A stretch of 64,000 nucleotides of DNA from Leadbetterella sp. (lineage in GTDB: Bacteria > Bacteroidota > Bacteroidia > Cytophagales > Spirosomataceae): positions 22,142-86,141 of the forward strand of contig DATGXK010000019.1 in the NCBI GenBank assembly GCA_035299025.1, in the 5' to 3' direction. The position numbers were made by a program, and so were the translations under genes. Shown here piece by piece: positions 54,850-64,000 of this stretch. The notes beneath the pieces were generated by a model. The model worked only from the letters and a program-made list of their open reading frames with translations, was not told the DNA's origin and made no database searches. Position 1 is the first letter of the stretch, and every line of letters starts with the position of its first letter.

Positions 54850-55899
54850 ATGTTTAAGCCCAAAAGTAAATTTTACAATCTTCTTTTTGTATTATTGATG
54901 ATTGTATCCTCTGCGAGTTTTGCTCAAAAAAAGGGACTTTTTAGCAAAAAAAATGTGCTCAATCAATACGCCACGGTAGGTATTGGCGGTGGCAGTTCGC
55001 ATTATTTTGGAGATTTGGCTCCTTATAGTTATTTCTATTATGGTCTTTATACCAATGTTAGATGGAACGGGAGCATAAATTACACCCGATATCTAACTGC
55101 CAATGCAGCAGCTAGGGTATCGTATACCTATGCCAGACTTTATGGCGATGACTACACCTATGCCTCTCGTAACCTGGAGAAAATGTCGGCGAATTATATA
55201 CGAAACCTTAGTTTCAGAAACGACCTTCAAGAATTTACGATTTCGGGCTTATTCAATATCCTTCCCCAATACGGCAAAGGTGCAAAAGGCAGAAGTGCAT
55301 TTATGCCTTATGGAGCCGTTGGTTTAGGTATATACGGACACCAACCCAAAGCTCGTGGACCTATTAATTTCGACCCTGACACTGGTTTACCTGTTAAGGC
55401 ACCATGGGAAGCCTTAAAACCAATGAATACTTCGGGCCAGGGAATCCCAGGAAGCACAGTGAAAACATATTCTCTTGTTCAGCCAGTTATGCCTATCGCT
55501 ATTGGCCTAAGAGTTAAAATCAACTCTAGTTTTGACTTCACCGCCGAAGCAGGTCTTAGACTTACGCCCTTTGATTATTTAGATGACGTAGGTGCCACAT
55601 CCTACCCGTCAAAGTCTTTAATGGTTTCCAATTATGGTAACACAGCCGCTGAATTAAGCTACAGAGCCGGTGAAGATTACCCCGCAAACCATCCAAATGT
55701 TACCAGAATACAATATTTCATTCAAGCAGCCTCACAACAAGGATTCCCAACGGCTGGAATTGCACCTTCTACTAACGCTGAGCAGATTTATCCGTATTCA
55801 TCTATGCGTGGTTCTAAGAGGATTGATAGCTATATTTTAACACAATTTACGCTTAGCTATGTTTTGAGTAACAGTATTAAATGCCCTATAATCAAATGA
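54850..55899 (+). CDS. outer-membrane beta-barrel-like protein (DUF6089-type, from memory)
   Basis: Signal peptide, then VGIGGGSSHYFGDL and alternating aromatic beta-strand patterns. It sits between nadK and uppS. Confidence 0.55.
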   Translation: MFKPKSKFYNLLFVLLMIVSSASFAQKKGLFSKKNVLNQYATVGIGGGSSHYFGDLAPYSYFYYGLYTNVRWNGSINYTRYLTANAAARVSYTYARLYGDDYTYASRNLEKMSANYIRNLSFRNDLQEFTISGLFNILPQYGKGAKGRSAFMPYGAVGLGIYGHQPKARGPINFDPDTGLPVKAPWEALKPMNTSGQGIPGSTVKTYSLVQPVMPIAIGLRVKINSSFDFTAEAGLRLTPFDYLDDVGATSYPSKSLMVSNYGNTAAELSYRAGEDYPANHPNVTRIQYFIQAASQQGFPTAGIAPSTNAEQIYPYSSMRGSKRIDSYILTQFTLSYVLSNSIKCPIIK

Positions 55900-55961
55900 T
55901 ATAACCTCTACTTTTTTTAATTCAAAGAAAAAATTAGACCTTTGCGTTGCAAAATAGAGGT

Positions 55962-56714
55962 ATGTTTAAAAAAATCGGTTTCTTACTGTTCCTTTCATAT
56001 TTCACTTATGGCCAAAAACTTGAGATAGGTTATGGCTTAGGCCCAACTTATCAAAAAGGTGACATACACCCTACATTCAGGGTTCTCAGTCCACGAATCG
56101 GAAGTAACATTTTTGTTCGATATAATTTCACAAAAGCTATTTCTCTCAAGGCCAATGCAATGATTGGCTTTATTGGTGGAAAAGATGCCAACTCAGGCAA
56201 CGCTTTGAACGAGTATCGCGGCCTGAAATTCAACAATACCCTCTGGGATTACAATGGTCAAGTTGAATACAATTTCCTCAATTTCAGAACTCACAATGGA
56301 CGCTATGAACATAGCTGGACACCCTATTTATTTGGTGGCTACGGCAATATGCAATTTCTTAGAAGACAATTTACTACACGAAACGTTACCACCACAAACT
56401 CCATTATTGCAGGCCCAGACCCCATTTTACCTTTCGGAATTGGTTACAAAAAGATTGTAAATGGCAAATGGAATTTTGGTGTAGAATTCGGGACACGAAT
56501 TCTTCTTCGCAAAAAAAGTGCTGACTTATTTGATGGCTATGGATTTGACCCAAAAACCAACGAGCCGCAGAGCTTATACTCAGCACAAGATGGTTCAGAC
56601 CCAAACATAGCTCTTTTAAAATATCCAAACACCCTCCAGAAAGATAAGTACTTTCATATATCTTTCTCGGTGAGTTATTTGTTTTATAAAGTCCATTGTC
56701 CTCCTGGACGGTAA
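55962..56714 (+). CDS. outer-membrane beta-barrel-like protein, apparent paralogue of the preceding gene
   Basis: MFKKIGFLLFLSYFTYGQ is a signal sequence. EIGYGLGPTYQKGDI parallels the GGGSSHYFGDL segment of the upstream gene. The ATG at 55962 is preferred over the TTG at 55947. Confidence 0.55.
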   Translation: MFKKIGFLLFLSYFTYGQKLEIGYGLGPTYQKGDIHPTFRVLSPRIGSNIFVRYNFTKAISLKANAMIGFIGGKDANSGNALNEYRGLKFNNTLWDYNGQVEYNFLNFRTHNGRYEHSWTPYLFGGYGNMQFLRRQFTTRNVTTTNSIIAGPDPILPFGIGYKKIVNGKWNFGVEFGTRILLRKKSADLFDGYGFDPKTNEPQSLYSAQDGSDPNIALLKYPNTLQKDKYFHISFSVSYLFYKVHCPPGR

Positions 56715-56801
56715 AATATGACCAAAAAAGGCCTTTAATTTACTTTAAAACAATATTTTACCTTTTTATATTCCCTGCTTTTTATTCCCTTATCTTTTTT
56801 G

Positions 56802-56809
56802 TATTTTTG
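56802..56809 (+). promoter_or_regulatory. -7 box (TAnnTTTG) upstream of the uppS-bamA-skp-skp operon
   Basis: TATTTTTG followed by CAA, 36 nt upstream of the uppS TTG at 56845. Confidence 0.5.
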
Positions 56810-56844
56810 CAATCCTTTTCTAACGGAACTAACACTATTTTTTA

Positions 56845-57588
56845 TTGGAAGATATTGATTTAAACAATTTACCCAAGCATATAGCCGTTATCATGGATGG
56901 TAACGGAAGGTGGGCGAAAACCAAAGGTGCCATGCGTATTTTTGGGCATCATCATGGTATTGCTGCCGTAAGAGATACTGTGGAGGGCTGTGCGGAGCTT
57001 GGGGTTGGCTTTCTTACTTTGTATACGTTTTCCACCGAAAATTGGGGCAGACCCAAAGCGGAAGTTGACGGAATCATGAGCCTTTTGGTTAAAACCATTG
57101 GTGATGAAATACCAAGTTTGCACAAGAACAATGTAAGACTCAAATGTATTGGTGATTTGGAAATGCTTCCCACCAAGGCAAGAAATGAAATGTTGGCTGG
57201 TATTGAAAAAACCAAAGACAACACTGGACTGGTTTTGAGTTTGGCATTAAGCTACAGCGGAAAGTGGGACATTGTGCAGGCGATAAAACAAATCGCTACC
57301 AAAGTCAAAAACAACGAAATCGACGTTGAAGATATTAACGAAAGTATGTTCGGGCATTTTTTGGCAACCTATCCAGACCCAGACGTAGATTTTTTAATAA
57401 GAACAGGTGGCGACCACAGGATAAGTAATTACCTACTCTGGCAGTCGGCATATGCAGAACTTTTGTTTCTAGACGACGTCTTTTGGCCAGACTTTAGAAA
57501 ACAACATTTAAAAGAAGCGATATTAACATATCAGCAAAGAGAGAGGAGATTCGGAAAAACAGGCGATCAGATAAAAACAAATAAATGA
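56845..57588 (+). CDS. uppS: isoprenyl transferase (undecaprenyl diphosphate synthase)
   Basis: HIAVIMDGNGRWA, FSTENW and RTGGDHRISNYLLWQ. The TTG start is the only start upstream of the conserved motif. Confidence 0.92.
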   Translation: MEDIDLNNLPKHIAVIMDGNGRWAKTKGAMRIFGHHHGIAAVRDTVEGCAELGVGFLTLYTFSTENWGRPKAEVDGIMSLLVKTIGDEIPSLHKNNVRLKCIGDLEMLPTKARNEMLAGIEKTKDNTGLVLSLALSYSGKWDIVQAIKQIATKVKNNEIDVEDINESMFGHFLATYPDPDVDFLIRTGGDHRISNYLLWQSAYAELLFLDDVFWPDFRKQHLKEAILTYQQRERRFGKTGDQIKTNK

Positions 57589-60188
57589 GGAATTCTTTAA
57601 AACCATTAATACTTACAACACTAATATTTGCAGTAAACTTTGTTGCAAATGCCCAAAATATCGGTCTCCCGCGTTTAAAAAGAACTGTCTCAGAAGAAGC
57701 TTTAGTTGATTACACAAGTCCCAAAGACTACATCATTGGAGGTATAACTGTAACTGGTGCCAAATTCTTAGACCCCAACACCCTCATTTCCGTATCCGGC
57801 TTGAATGTCAACGACGAAATAAAAATACCGGGTGAAAGAATATCTTCGGCCATTAAAAGACTTATGGATCAAGGTATTATTGAGGATGTATCTATAAACA
57901 TTACGAAAGTAGAAGGAAAAACCGTTTTTCTTGAATTGGCTCTCAAGGAAAGACCTAGGCTCAATAAAATTGTTCTCAACGGAATTAGAAAAGGTGAAAA
58001 AGAAACCGTTGAAGAAAAAATAAAAACCTACAAAGGCAAAGTAATCACCGATGCAATGGTGAAAAACATACAAAATTTGGTCAAGAAACACTATCTAGAC
58101 AAAGGATTCAGAAACTGTACGGTGCAAGTACAACAATTGGCGGACACCGTTAGAATCAACAATGCCGCCTTGGTTTTCAACATTTCCAAAAAATCAAAAG
58201 TAAAAATCAAAGATATTCAACTCAACGGCATCAACGAGTTGCCGGAGTGGAAAGTACTCTCCAAGATGAAGGGTACCAAAGAAAAAGCCCCATTGAGAAT
58301 ATTTACACCGTCGAAGTTCATCGCAAAAAAATACAAAGAGGATAAAGAGAAATTGGTGGCGTTTCTAAACAAAAACGGTTATCGCAATGCCCAAATCGTG
58401 AGTGATTCGGTTTATGAAGTTGACGATAAAAACATCAACATTGTATTGAATGTGACCGAAGGCAAGAGATTTTATTACAGAAATATAACATGGTCTGGAA
58501 ATTATCTACGAAATTCTGATACGCTTAGCTTGATACTTGGCGTTAAAAAAGGCGACCTATACAATCCAGAAGAACTTGAGAAAAAAATCAACGGTAAACC
58601 TCAACAAGACGTTAGCTCCTATTACATGGACGACGGTTATTTGTACTTTAGCTGCCAACCGATCGAAATGGCCATCGATGGCGACTCGATAGATATTGAA
58701 ATGAGAATTACCGAAGGCAAACAAGCTACCATTAATAAGATTATTCTGAATGGCAACACCAAAACTAGCGATCATGTGGTTATGCGTGAGATTTTGACCA
58801 AACCTGGTCAGAAATTCAGTAAAACTGACTTGGTAGAAACAGTACAAATGCTCTCTAAACTGGGTTATTTTGACCCACAAAAAATTGACCCGAAACCTAT
58901 ACCGCAAAATGACGGCACAGTAAATATTGAATACAATGTTGAAGAGAAGTCAAATGACAACATAGAGCTCTCTGGCGGTTGGAGTGGAATTCAGGGTATC
59001 ATCGGTACATTTGGTATAGTTTTTAACAACTTCGCTATTCGCAAAATACTCAATCTAAAAGAATACAAGCCGCTACCAAAGGGTGACGGTCAGCGATTCG
59101 CCATAAGATTTCAGGCCAATGGTGGCTTCCAGAATTATTCTGTATCGTTTACAGAGCCTTGGCTTGGAGGTAGAAAGCCTAACTCTTTCTCTGTAAGTCT
59201 ATTTCACTCAGTTCAAGATTACAGTAAAATTGCGGATAGAATGCAGCGTATGTACGCCAATTCGCCCAACAGTGCCTACTTTGGAAACGTTTACAACTCA
59301 GCACTGTACCAAGGTTTCTTCAGAAATACCGGTGGATCCGTAACCTATGGAAAAAGACTAAACTGGCCTGATAGAAACTTCAATTTCAGTTCGGCATTTT
59401 CGTATCAGTATTACGACGTTGAAAACAGTTTCTTGCTTTCAAACTTTAGAAACGGCCAAGCACACGATGTTTCATTGGGCTTCAACGTTTCGAGATACAG
59501 TCTTGATAACCCGCAGTTTACAAGAAGTGGATCCAATATTTCATTAAATACTACTTTCAACCCGCCTTATTCTTTATTTGGAACACCCAAATCAGGAAAA
59601 CTATGGATTGAAGGACACAAATGGATGTTTGACGCTGACTGGTATGCACCCGTATTTGGTAAATTGATTTTCCATGCCAAAGGCAACATGGGTTTCTTGG
59701 GCAGGTACAACTCTAGTACCAGTTACAGCCCATTTGGCAGATTCGTGATTGGTGGAGCAGGTATGGGTTTACAAAACACCAATAGCATTGGTGTTGAGCT
59801 GATTGGTCTAAGAGGATATGATGAGGGCGTAGTTTATGAGCCCACCTTCAATGAAAAAGTAGCTGCAGCCCAGGCTACAGGCTCTTACTCGAGAACAGGG
59901 GGTATAATTTACAGCAAATATGCCGTCGAACTTCGTTATCCAGTATCGCTGAACCCTCAGGCTACTATTTTTGTACTTGGATTTGCAGAGGCCGGAAATA
60001 GCTGGGGAAGTTACAAAGACTACAATCCTTTTAAACTTAGACGCTCTGCCGGTATAGGTGCCCGAATATTTATGGCGGCCTTCGGTTTATTGGGTATAGA
60101 CTATGGCTATGGCTTTGACCCGATTCCGGGATTGCAGAACCAAGGTAGAAAAGGCTTTACTTTCAGTATCGGTCAGCAGATTCGTTAA
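57585..60188 (+). CDS. bamA: outer membrane protein assembly factor BamA
   Basis: 867 aa with a signal peptide, POTRA-like repeats (GGITVTGAKFLD..., KIVLNGIRKG..., KIILNGNTKTSD) and a C-terminal barrel. An ATGA overlap links it to uppS. Confidence 0.92.
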   Translation: MRNSLKPLILTTLIFAVNFVANAQNIGLPRLKRTVSEEALVDYTSPKDYIIGGITVTGAKFLDPNTLISVSGLNVNDEIKIPGERISSAIKRLMDQGIIEDVSINITKVEGKTVFLELALKERPRLNKIVLNGIRKGEKETVEEKIKTYKGKVITDAMVKNIQNLVKKHYLDKGFRNCTVQVQQLADTVRINNAALVFNISKKSKVKIKDIQLNGINELPEWKVLSKMKGTKEKAPLRIFTPSKFIAKKYKEDKEKLVAFLNKNGYRNAQIVSDSVYEVDDKNINIVLNVTEGKRFYYRNITWSGNYLRNSDTLSLILGVKKGDLYNPEELEKKINGKPQQDVSSYYMDDGYLYFSCQPIEMAIDGDSIDIEMRITEGKQATINKIILNGNTKTSDHVVMREILTKPGQKFSKTDLVETVQMLSKLGYFDPQKIDPKPIPQNDGTVNIEYNVEEKSNDNIELSGGWSGIQGIIGTFGIVFNNFAIRKILNLKEYKPLPKGDGQRFAIRFQANGGFQNYSVSFTEPWLGGRKPNSFSVSLFHSVQDYSKIADRMQRMYANSPNSAYFGNVYNSALYQGFFRNTGGSVTYGKRLNWPDRNFNFSSAFSYQYYDVENSFLLSNFRNGQAHDVSLGFNVSRYSLDNPQFTRSGSNISLNTTFNPPYSLFGTPKSGKLWIEGHKWMFDADWYAPVFGKLIFHAKGNMGFLGRYNSSTSYSPFGRFVIGGAGMGLQNTNSIGVELIGLRGYDEGVVYEPTFNEKVAAAQATGSYSRTGGIIYSKYAVELRYPVSLNPQATIFVLGFAEAGNSWGSYKDYNPFKLRRSAGIGARIFMAAFGLLGIDYGYGFDPIPGLQNQGRKGFTFSIGQQIR

Positions 60189-60298
60189 TGTTAAAAATCT
60201 GTTAATCGAAGGAGGAAATATAAACTTCGAAGGCTTTTCGGCGTCTTAAGAACACTAAACCGTTGAATAAAAAACAAAGAGGACTAAATCTAAAAAAA

Positions 60299-60817
60299 AT
60301 GAAACTGAGAATATTTTTTTTACTTTTGATGCTTGGAGGATTGCAGTCCAAGGCTCAGAAATTTGGTTATATCGATACCGAATATATCATGAACAAAATG
60401 CCTGAATATAAAAAGGCAAATGAAAGCATGAACCAATTTGCTGAAAAATGGACGAAAGATATTCAAGGAAAATATGCCGATGTAGAAAAAATGAAACAGA
60501 AATTTCAGCAAGAAGAGATACTTCTGACAGCTGATATGAAAAAGGAAAAACTTGGCGAAATATCTAAAAAAGAAGAAGAATTGAGCACGTTAAACAACAG
60601 CATTTTCGGACTTAATGGACAACTTTTTCAGAAGAAAAAAGAGATTTTGAAGCCTATATTGGACGAAATCTACAAAACATCAGAAAAAATAGCTCGAAAA
60701 TATAAACTTAGTTTTATCTTTGACAAAGCATCAGACATGAGTATGTTTTATGCTGACCCCAAGCACGATTACACAGATTTTGTGATTGAAGAGCTTGGAC
60801 TAAATCTTAAAAAGTAA
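60299..60817 (+). CDS. OmpH/Skp family periplasmic chaperone
   Basis: MKLRIFFLLLMLGGLQSKAQKFGYIDTEYIM is the typical OmpH start, followed by a coiled-coil body. The ATG at 60299 is preferred over 60263. Confidence 0.8.
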   Translation: MKLRIFFLLLMLGGLQSKAQKFGYIDTEYIMNKMPEYKKANESMNQFAEKWTKDIQGKYADVEKMKQKFQQEEILLTADMKKEKLGEISKKEEELSTLNNSIFGLNGQLFQKKKEILKPILDEIYKTSEKIARKYKLSFIFDKASDMSMFYADPKHDYTDFVIEELGLNLKK

Positions 60818-60846
60818 ACCAATTTAATTTTTTTAATACTACAGAA

Positions 60847-61419
60847 ATGAAAATCAAACTATTTGTTATTGCTTTGGCAATTTTGGCAAGCGTAAGTACA
60901 AAAGCTCAGAATCTTAAGATAGGTTATACGAATATAGAGTTTATACTTCAAAACTTACCAGATTCTAAAGATATACAGGCAAAACTTTCTACAGAAAAAG
61001 CTCAGTACGACAAACTTTACCAAGACAAACTTGCTGAAGCACAAAAAATGTTCGAAGATTATCAAAAAAATGCAGCCTCAATGTCGGCAGTAATTAAAGC
61101 TGACAAAGAAAAAACATTACAAAACAAACAAAACGAATTGCAAGAATTGCAACAAAATGCAGAAGCTGCACTTTCGCGTAAGCAACAAGAAATGATAGCC
61201 CCAGTAATGGACAAAATCCAAACTGCTATCGACGCTGTAGCTAAAGAAAATGGATATACTTATGTATTGAATTCTGACGCTGGATATGGTACTACACCGG
61301 TAATTTTGGTTGCTCCTGAGACTGACAATATTACTAATTTGGTATTCAAGAAAATGGGAGTTCCGATTCCTGCTGAAACCAAAGACGCAGCACCTGCCAC
61401 CACTGCACCTAAAAAATAA
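60847..61419 (+). CDS. OmpH/Skp family periplasmic chaperone
   Basis: Signal peptide, IGYTNIEFIL and a Gln/Lys-rich coiled coil. It is the second of a tandem pair downstream of bamA. Confidence 0.8.
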   Translation: MKIKLFVIALAILASVSTKAQNLKIGYTNIEFILQNLPDSKDIQAKLSTEKAQYDKLYQDKLAEAQKMFEDYQKNAASMSAVIKADKEKTLQNKQNELQELQQNAEAALSRKQQEMIAPVMDKIQTAIDAVAKENGYTYVLNSDAGYGTTPVILVAPETDNITNLVFKKMGVPIPAETKDAAPATTAPKK

Positions 61420-61444
61420 TTTAGAGATTATTCAGAATAGATTG

Positions 61445-61473
61445 AGCCTTTGGTAAAACCAAAGGCTTTTTTT
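61445..61473. terminator. bidirectional terminator between the convergent second skp and proB genes
   Basis: AGCCTTTGG-TAAAA-CCAAAGGCT followed by TTTTTTT. Confidence 0.8.
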
Positions 61474-62506
61474 ATATCAATACTATATCGTCTGCGTGAA
61501 CAAAAACCAAGTTCTGCACTTTAAGATTTTCTTGTAGTTTTTGAGAAGGCACTTTTGCCATTCCTACTGCTATAATTTGGCCATTTTCATCTGTAATTTC
61601 AACCAGTTCTCCAGCCTCAAACTCTCCATCAAAACCAGTGATACCTACAGCTAAAAGACTTTTCCGAGCCAAAAGTGCTTTGCACGCTCCATTGTCCAGC
61701 ATTACGCTTCCGACCGAAATGGCACCACTGGCGATCCATTTGTTTTTGGCAGAAAGATTGGCATCCTGTGGAAGAAAAGTAGTTCCTGATTTTTCATTGA
61801 TGGCATTTAGTATTCCGTCCGTGTGCTTCATTCCAAAAATGATTACTTTGATACCCATTTTATTTGCTAAATGCGTAAAAGTTAATTTGGAAGCCATTCC
61901 GCCAAGCCCTAAACTCGTTTTTGACTTGCTCACCATTCCTAAGATTTCCTCATCTATCCGCTCCACCCTATTTACCAATTGGCTCTCTTTATTCAATAAT
62001 CCACCTGAAGCGGTGCATAGCATCAAAACTTTGGCTCCAAAACCTCCAGCTATCAAAGTGGCCAATTCATCATTGTCTGAAAACTTAAGCTCCCTGTTGC
62101 TTACCACGTCGTTTTCGTTCGCAATAGGTATGATATTACTTTTCCAAAGCTCTTCATAGGTTTCCTTCAATTGCAAAAATTGCTGACGATTGGCAAAATG
62201 TTGCCTCTCTAAAAGACTTTGAGCCACATTAATACCAAACTTATTAAAAGCCTGATCATATAATTTTATCAACAGTGGATTTCCAATCGCTGCAGCCGCC
62301 TTTCTTTGGCTAATGGTGGCCTCGTAATTCTGAATATAGTGCTTACCAGCTCCCACCGCACCCGAAGACACGATAATAACCCTATATTTTTTATGTAAAA
62401 TGGCCGTTTGTCGAGCAATCTCATCTATAATTTCAACATCAGGCTCTCCAGAAGGTTTTGTTATAGAGGCCGTTCCGAACTTCAGAACTAAGAGAGGTCT
62501 TTTCAT
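61472..62506 (-). CDS. proB: glutamate 5-kinase with C-terminal PUA domain
   Basis: VLKFGTASIT and IIVSSGAVGAG are amino-acid kinase fold motifs. The C-terminal PUA-like segment is GSVMLDNGACKAL...GELVEITDENGQIIAVGMA. Confidence 0.9.
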   Translation of the reverse strand: MKRPLLVLKFGTASITKPSGEPDVEIIDEIARQTAILHKKYRVIIVSSGAVGAGKHYIQNYEATISQRKAAAAIGNPLLIKLYDQAFNKFGINVAQSLLERQHFANRQQFLQLKETYEELWKSNIIPIANENDVVSNRELKFSDNDELATLIAGGFGAKVLMLCTASGGLLNKESQLVNRVERIDEEILGMVSKSKTSLGLGGMASKLTFTHLANKMGIKVIIFGMKHTDGILNAINEKSGTTFLPQDANLSAKNKWIASGAISVGSVMLDNGACKALLARKSLLAVGITGFDGEFEAGELVEITDENGQIIAVGMAKVPSQKLQENLKVQNLVFVHADDIVLI

Positions 62507-63069
62507 TAGTAATCAATATTTCTTGGCAAACCCAAGCCTTTGGCCAGGTCAGCGTGAATTCCTTCGTAAAAAAAGCAAAGTATTTCGTTGATATCATCAA
62601 CAAATTCTATTCGGTAATCTTCATGTATAGCTTTTAGATTCTTTATTAAAAGAAGCATTTTTTTGATGTTAAATTCATTCAACTTCAAATTATGCTTCAG
62701 ATCTGGTTTATTAAAAACTGCGGAATACGTATTTGTTAATTTAAGAATCAGTTTTACTCCTAAACGAATCTCACCAACCTTATCTGAAGTGATGCGTTTG
62801 TGGTGATTAATTTGCGAAAAATAAAGACGCTCATGGCTGAGAAGTTCTTTAGACTTAAAGGAGGCATATTTCTTTATTTTTTCTATTTCTTCGGCCACGG
62901 CATCTTGCCTCAGCTTCAGGTCTATTTCAGGATGCTCAAGCAATCTAAAATGTAGCTGCTCTACCAATATTTTGTCTTTATTGATAAGCCGAATCAATAT
63001 CTTGTTCTTCTCTTTGTTTGGAAGGCCCACAATGGCTTCCTCCAAATCTTTTTCTATCAATTTCGCCAT
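62506..63069 (-). CDS. hypothetical all-alpha protein
   Basis: 187 aa, Lys/Leu/Glu-rich, with no TM segment or signal peptide. It is wedged between nuoH (1-nt gap) and proB (TAATG overlap). I recognised no family. Confidence 0.5.
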   Translation of the reverse strand: MAKLIEKDLEEAIVGLPNKEKNKILIRLINKDKILVEQLHFRLLEHPEIDLKLRQDAVAEEIEKIKKYASFKSKELLSHERLYFSQINHHKRITSDKVGEIRLGVKLILKLTNTYSAVFNKPDLKHNLKLNEFNIKKMLLLIKNLKAIHEDYRIEFVDDINEILCFFYEGIHADLAKGLGLPRNIDY

Positions 63070-63070
63070 T

Positions 63071-64000
63071 TCACCAAATCATTAAGATTCTCCAAAAAGC
63101 AGAAATCAAAACCAAAATAAGGCAAAGGGGTGTCAATACTTTCCAACATAAATACATGAGTTGGTCGATTCGCAGCCGGGGTAGCGTCCACCTCACCCAC
63201 ATTTGTACTAACATACCGAGGTAAGCTTTAGAAAATATCCAAAACGCTCCCCAAAGATGCATCGATATGCTTCCGTCAACGCCTGAAGTCCATTCCGCTA
63301 AGCGAAGAGGTCCTATATTTGGAAATGGGGTATTCCATCCTCCCAAAAACAAAATAGTAGCCATAAATGCCAATAAAAGCATCATGCCGTATTCTGCTAG
63401 AAAAATAATGGCCCATCGAAAACCCGAATACTCTGTATGAAATCCAGCTATGAGCTCAGATTCAGCTTCTGGCAAATCGAAAGGTGCCCTATTGGCCTCA
63501 GCCAAACCCGCAATAACAAAAATTATAAAAACAATAATCAAAAACGGACTTCTGAAAATATTCCAGGTTAGAAACCCTCCTACTTCTGTTGTTTCGATTC
63601 CCAATGCTTTTATACCAAACAAATAGTTAGGTTCTGGTGAAAAAATACCTTGAAGCGTGGTTATTTCCTGCAAATTAAGACTTGCACTTGTGATGGCTAC
63701 ACACAAAATACACAGTCCTATGGGTACCTCGTAAGATAAAATTTGAGCTACCGAACGCATAGAACCCAACAAGGCATACTTATTGTTAGAAGCCCAACCC
63801 GCCATAAGTATACCCAAAATATCTAAGGAAATGACGCCTATGAGTACAAAAACGCCAGATTGAAGATCGGCACCTTGTAATAGCCTGTTGACCGGTACAA
63901 GGGCAAAGCCCGCAAAAATAGCTGCAAAAATTAGATATGGAGCAACCTTAAACAGTTTCCTATCGGCACTAAATGGAATTATATCTTCTTTCTGAAAAAG
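63071..64000 (-). CDS. nuoH: NADH-quinone oxidoreductase subunit H (partial; N-terminus beyond window end)
   Basis: Own translation upstream of the track ORF stays open to position 64000: ...FQKEDIIPFSADRKLFKVAPYLIFAAIFAGFALVPV...ILGILMAGWASNNKYALLGSMRSVAQILSYEVPIG... is the NuoH/ND1 signature. Confidence 0.88.
   Translation of the reverse strand, partial: LFQKEDIIPFSADRKLFKVAPYLIFAAIFAGFALVPVNRLLQGADLQSGVFVLIGVISLDILGILMAGWASNNKYALLGSMRSVAQILSYEVPIGLCILCVAITSASLNLQEITTLQGIFSPEPNYLFGIKALGIETTEVGGFLTWNIFRSPFLIIVFIIFVIAGLAEANRAPFDLPEAESELIAGFHTEYSGFRWAIIFLAEYGMMLLLAFMATILFLGGWNTPFPNIGPLRLAEWTSGVDGSISMHLWGAFWIFSKAYLGMLVQMWVRWTLPRLRIDQLMYLCWKVLTPLCLILVLISAFWRILMIW

Noticed and set aside
1-64000. 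Search for mobile elements, CRISPR arrays, tRNA/rRNA genes or obvious horizontally acquired islands
   Set aside because: I saw no transposase, integrase or phage-like ORFs, no regularly spaced direct repeats, no tRNA-like cloverleaf candidates in the short intergenic regions, and no obvious compositional break by eye. I did not compute GC skew or k-mer statistics.

Overview
Gene-dense 64-kb chromosomal segment with about 60 protein-coding genes. I found no rRNA, tRNA, CRISPR array, transposase or integrase. It comes from an AT-rich Bacteroidota genome and looks Cytophagales-like by eye; I could not run a taxonomy search. Lineage clues are a T9SS C-terminal sorting domain, repeated TAnnTTTG -7 promoter boxes, the glgA-like/DUF4270/glmS cluster, and the CBS-nadK-DUF6089-uppS-bamA-skp-skp envelope cluster. 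Most genes are housekeeping: folB, panC, glmS, rpmH-rnpA, tsaB, hpf, htpG, aspS, nadK, uppS, bamA, proB and a partial nuoH. Peptidases are unusually frequent: M23, M61, S41, M4, DUF885, CHAT, S1 and M14. The best candidate for an undescribed system lies at about 25.9-30.8 kb. There an ECF sigma factor and a single-pass TPR anti-sigma-like gene converge on, and overlap by 50 bp with, a lipoprotein plus exported TPR-CHAT (caspase-like) protease operon. This is the same parts list as the protease/sigma arm of type III-E CRISPR 'Craspase' systems, but no cas genes are present and the predicted location is periplasmic. Other points worth a second look:
- A translationally coupled pair of unknown function at 16.2-19.2 kb, one cytoplasmic 477-aa protein and one exported Ig-like repeat protein.
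- Two copies of a 15-bp palindrome-containing repeat upstream of a giant M4-propeller-T9SS protease.
- An outer-membrane beta-barrel gene interrupted by one in-frame TAG.
- A DivIVA-HhH fusion.
- An unusual nuoH-orf187-proB operon.
- TTG start calls that coincide with -7 promoter boxes.
All functional calls come from motif recognition in the supplied or self-made translations. No database search was possible.
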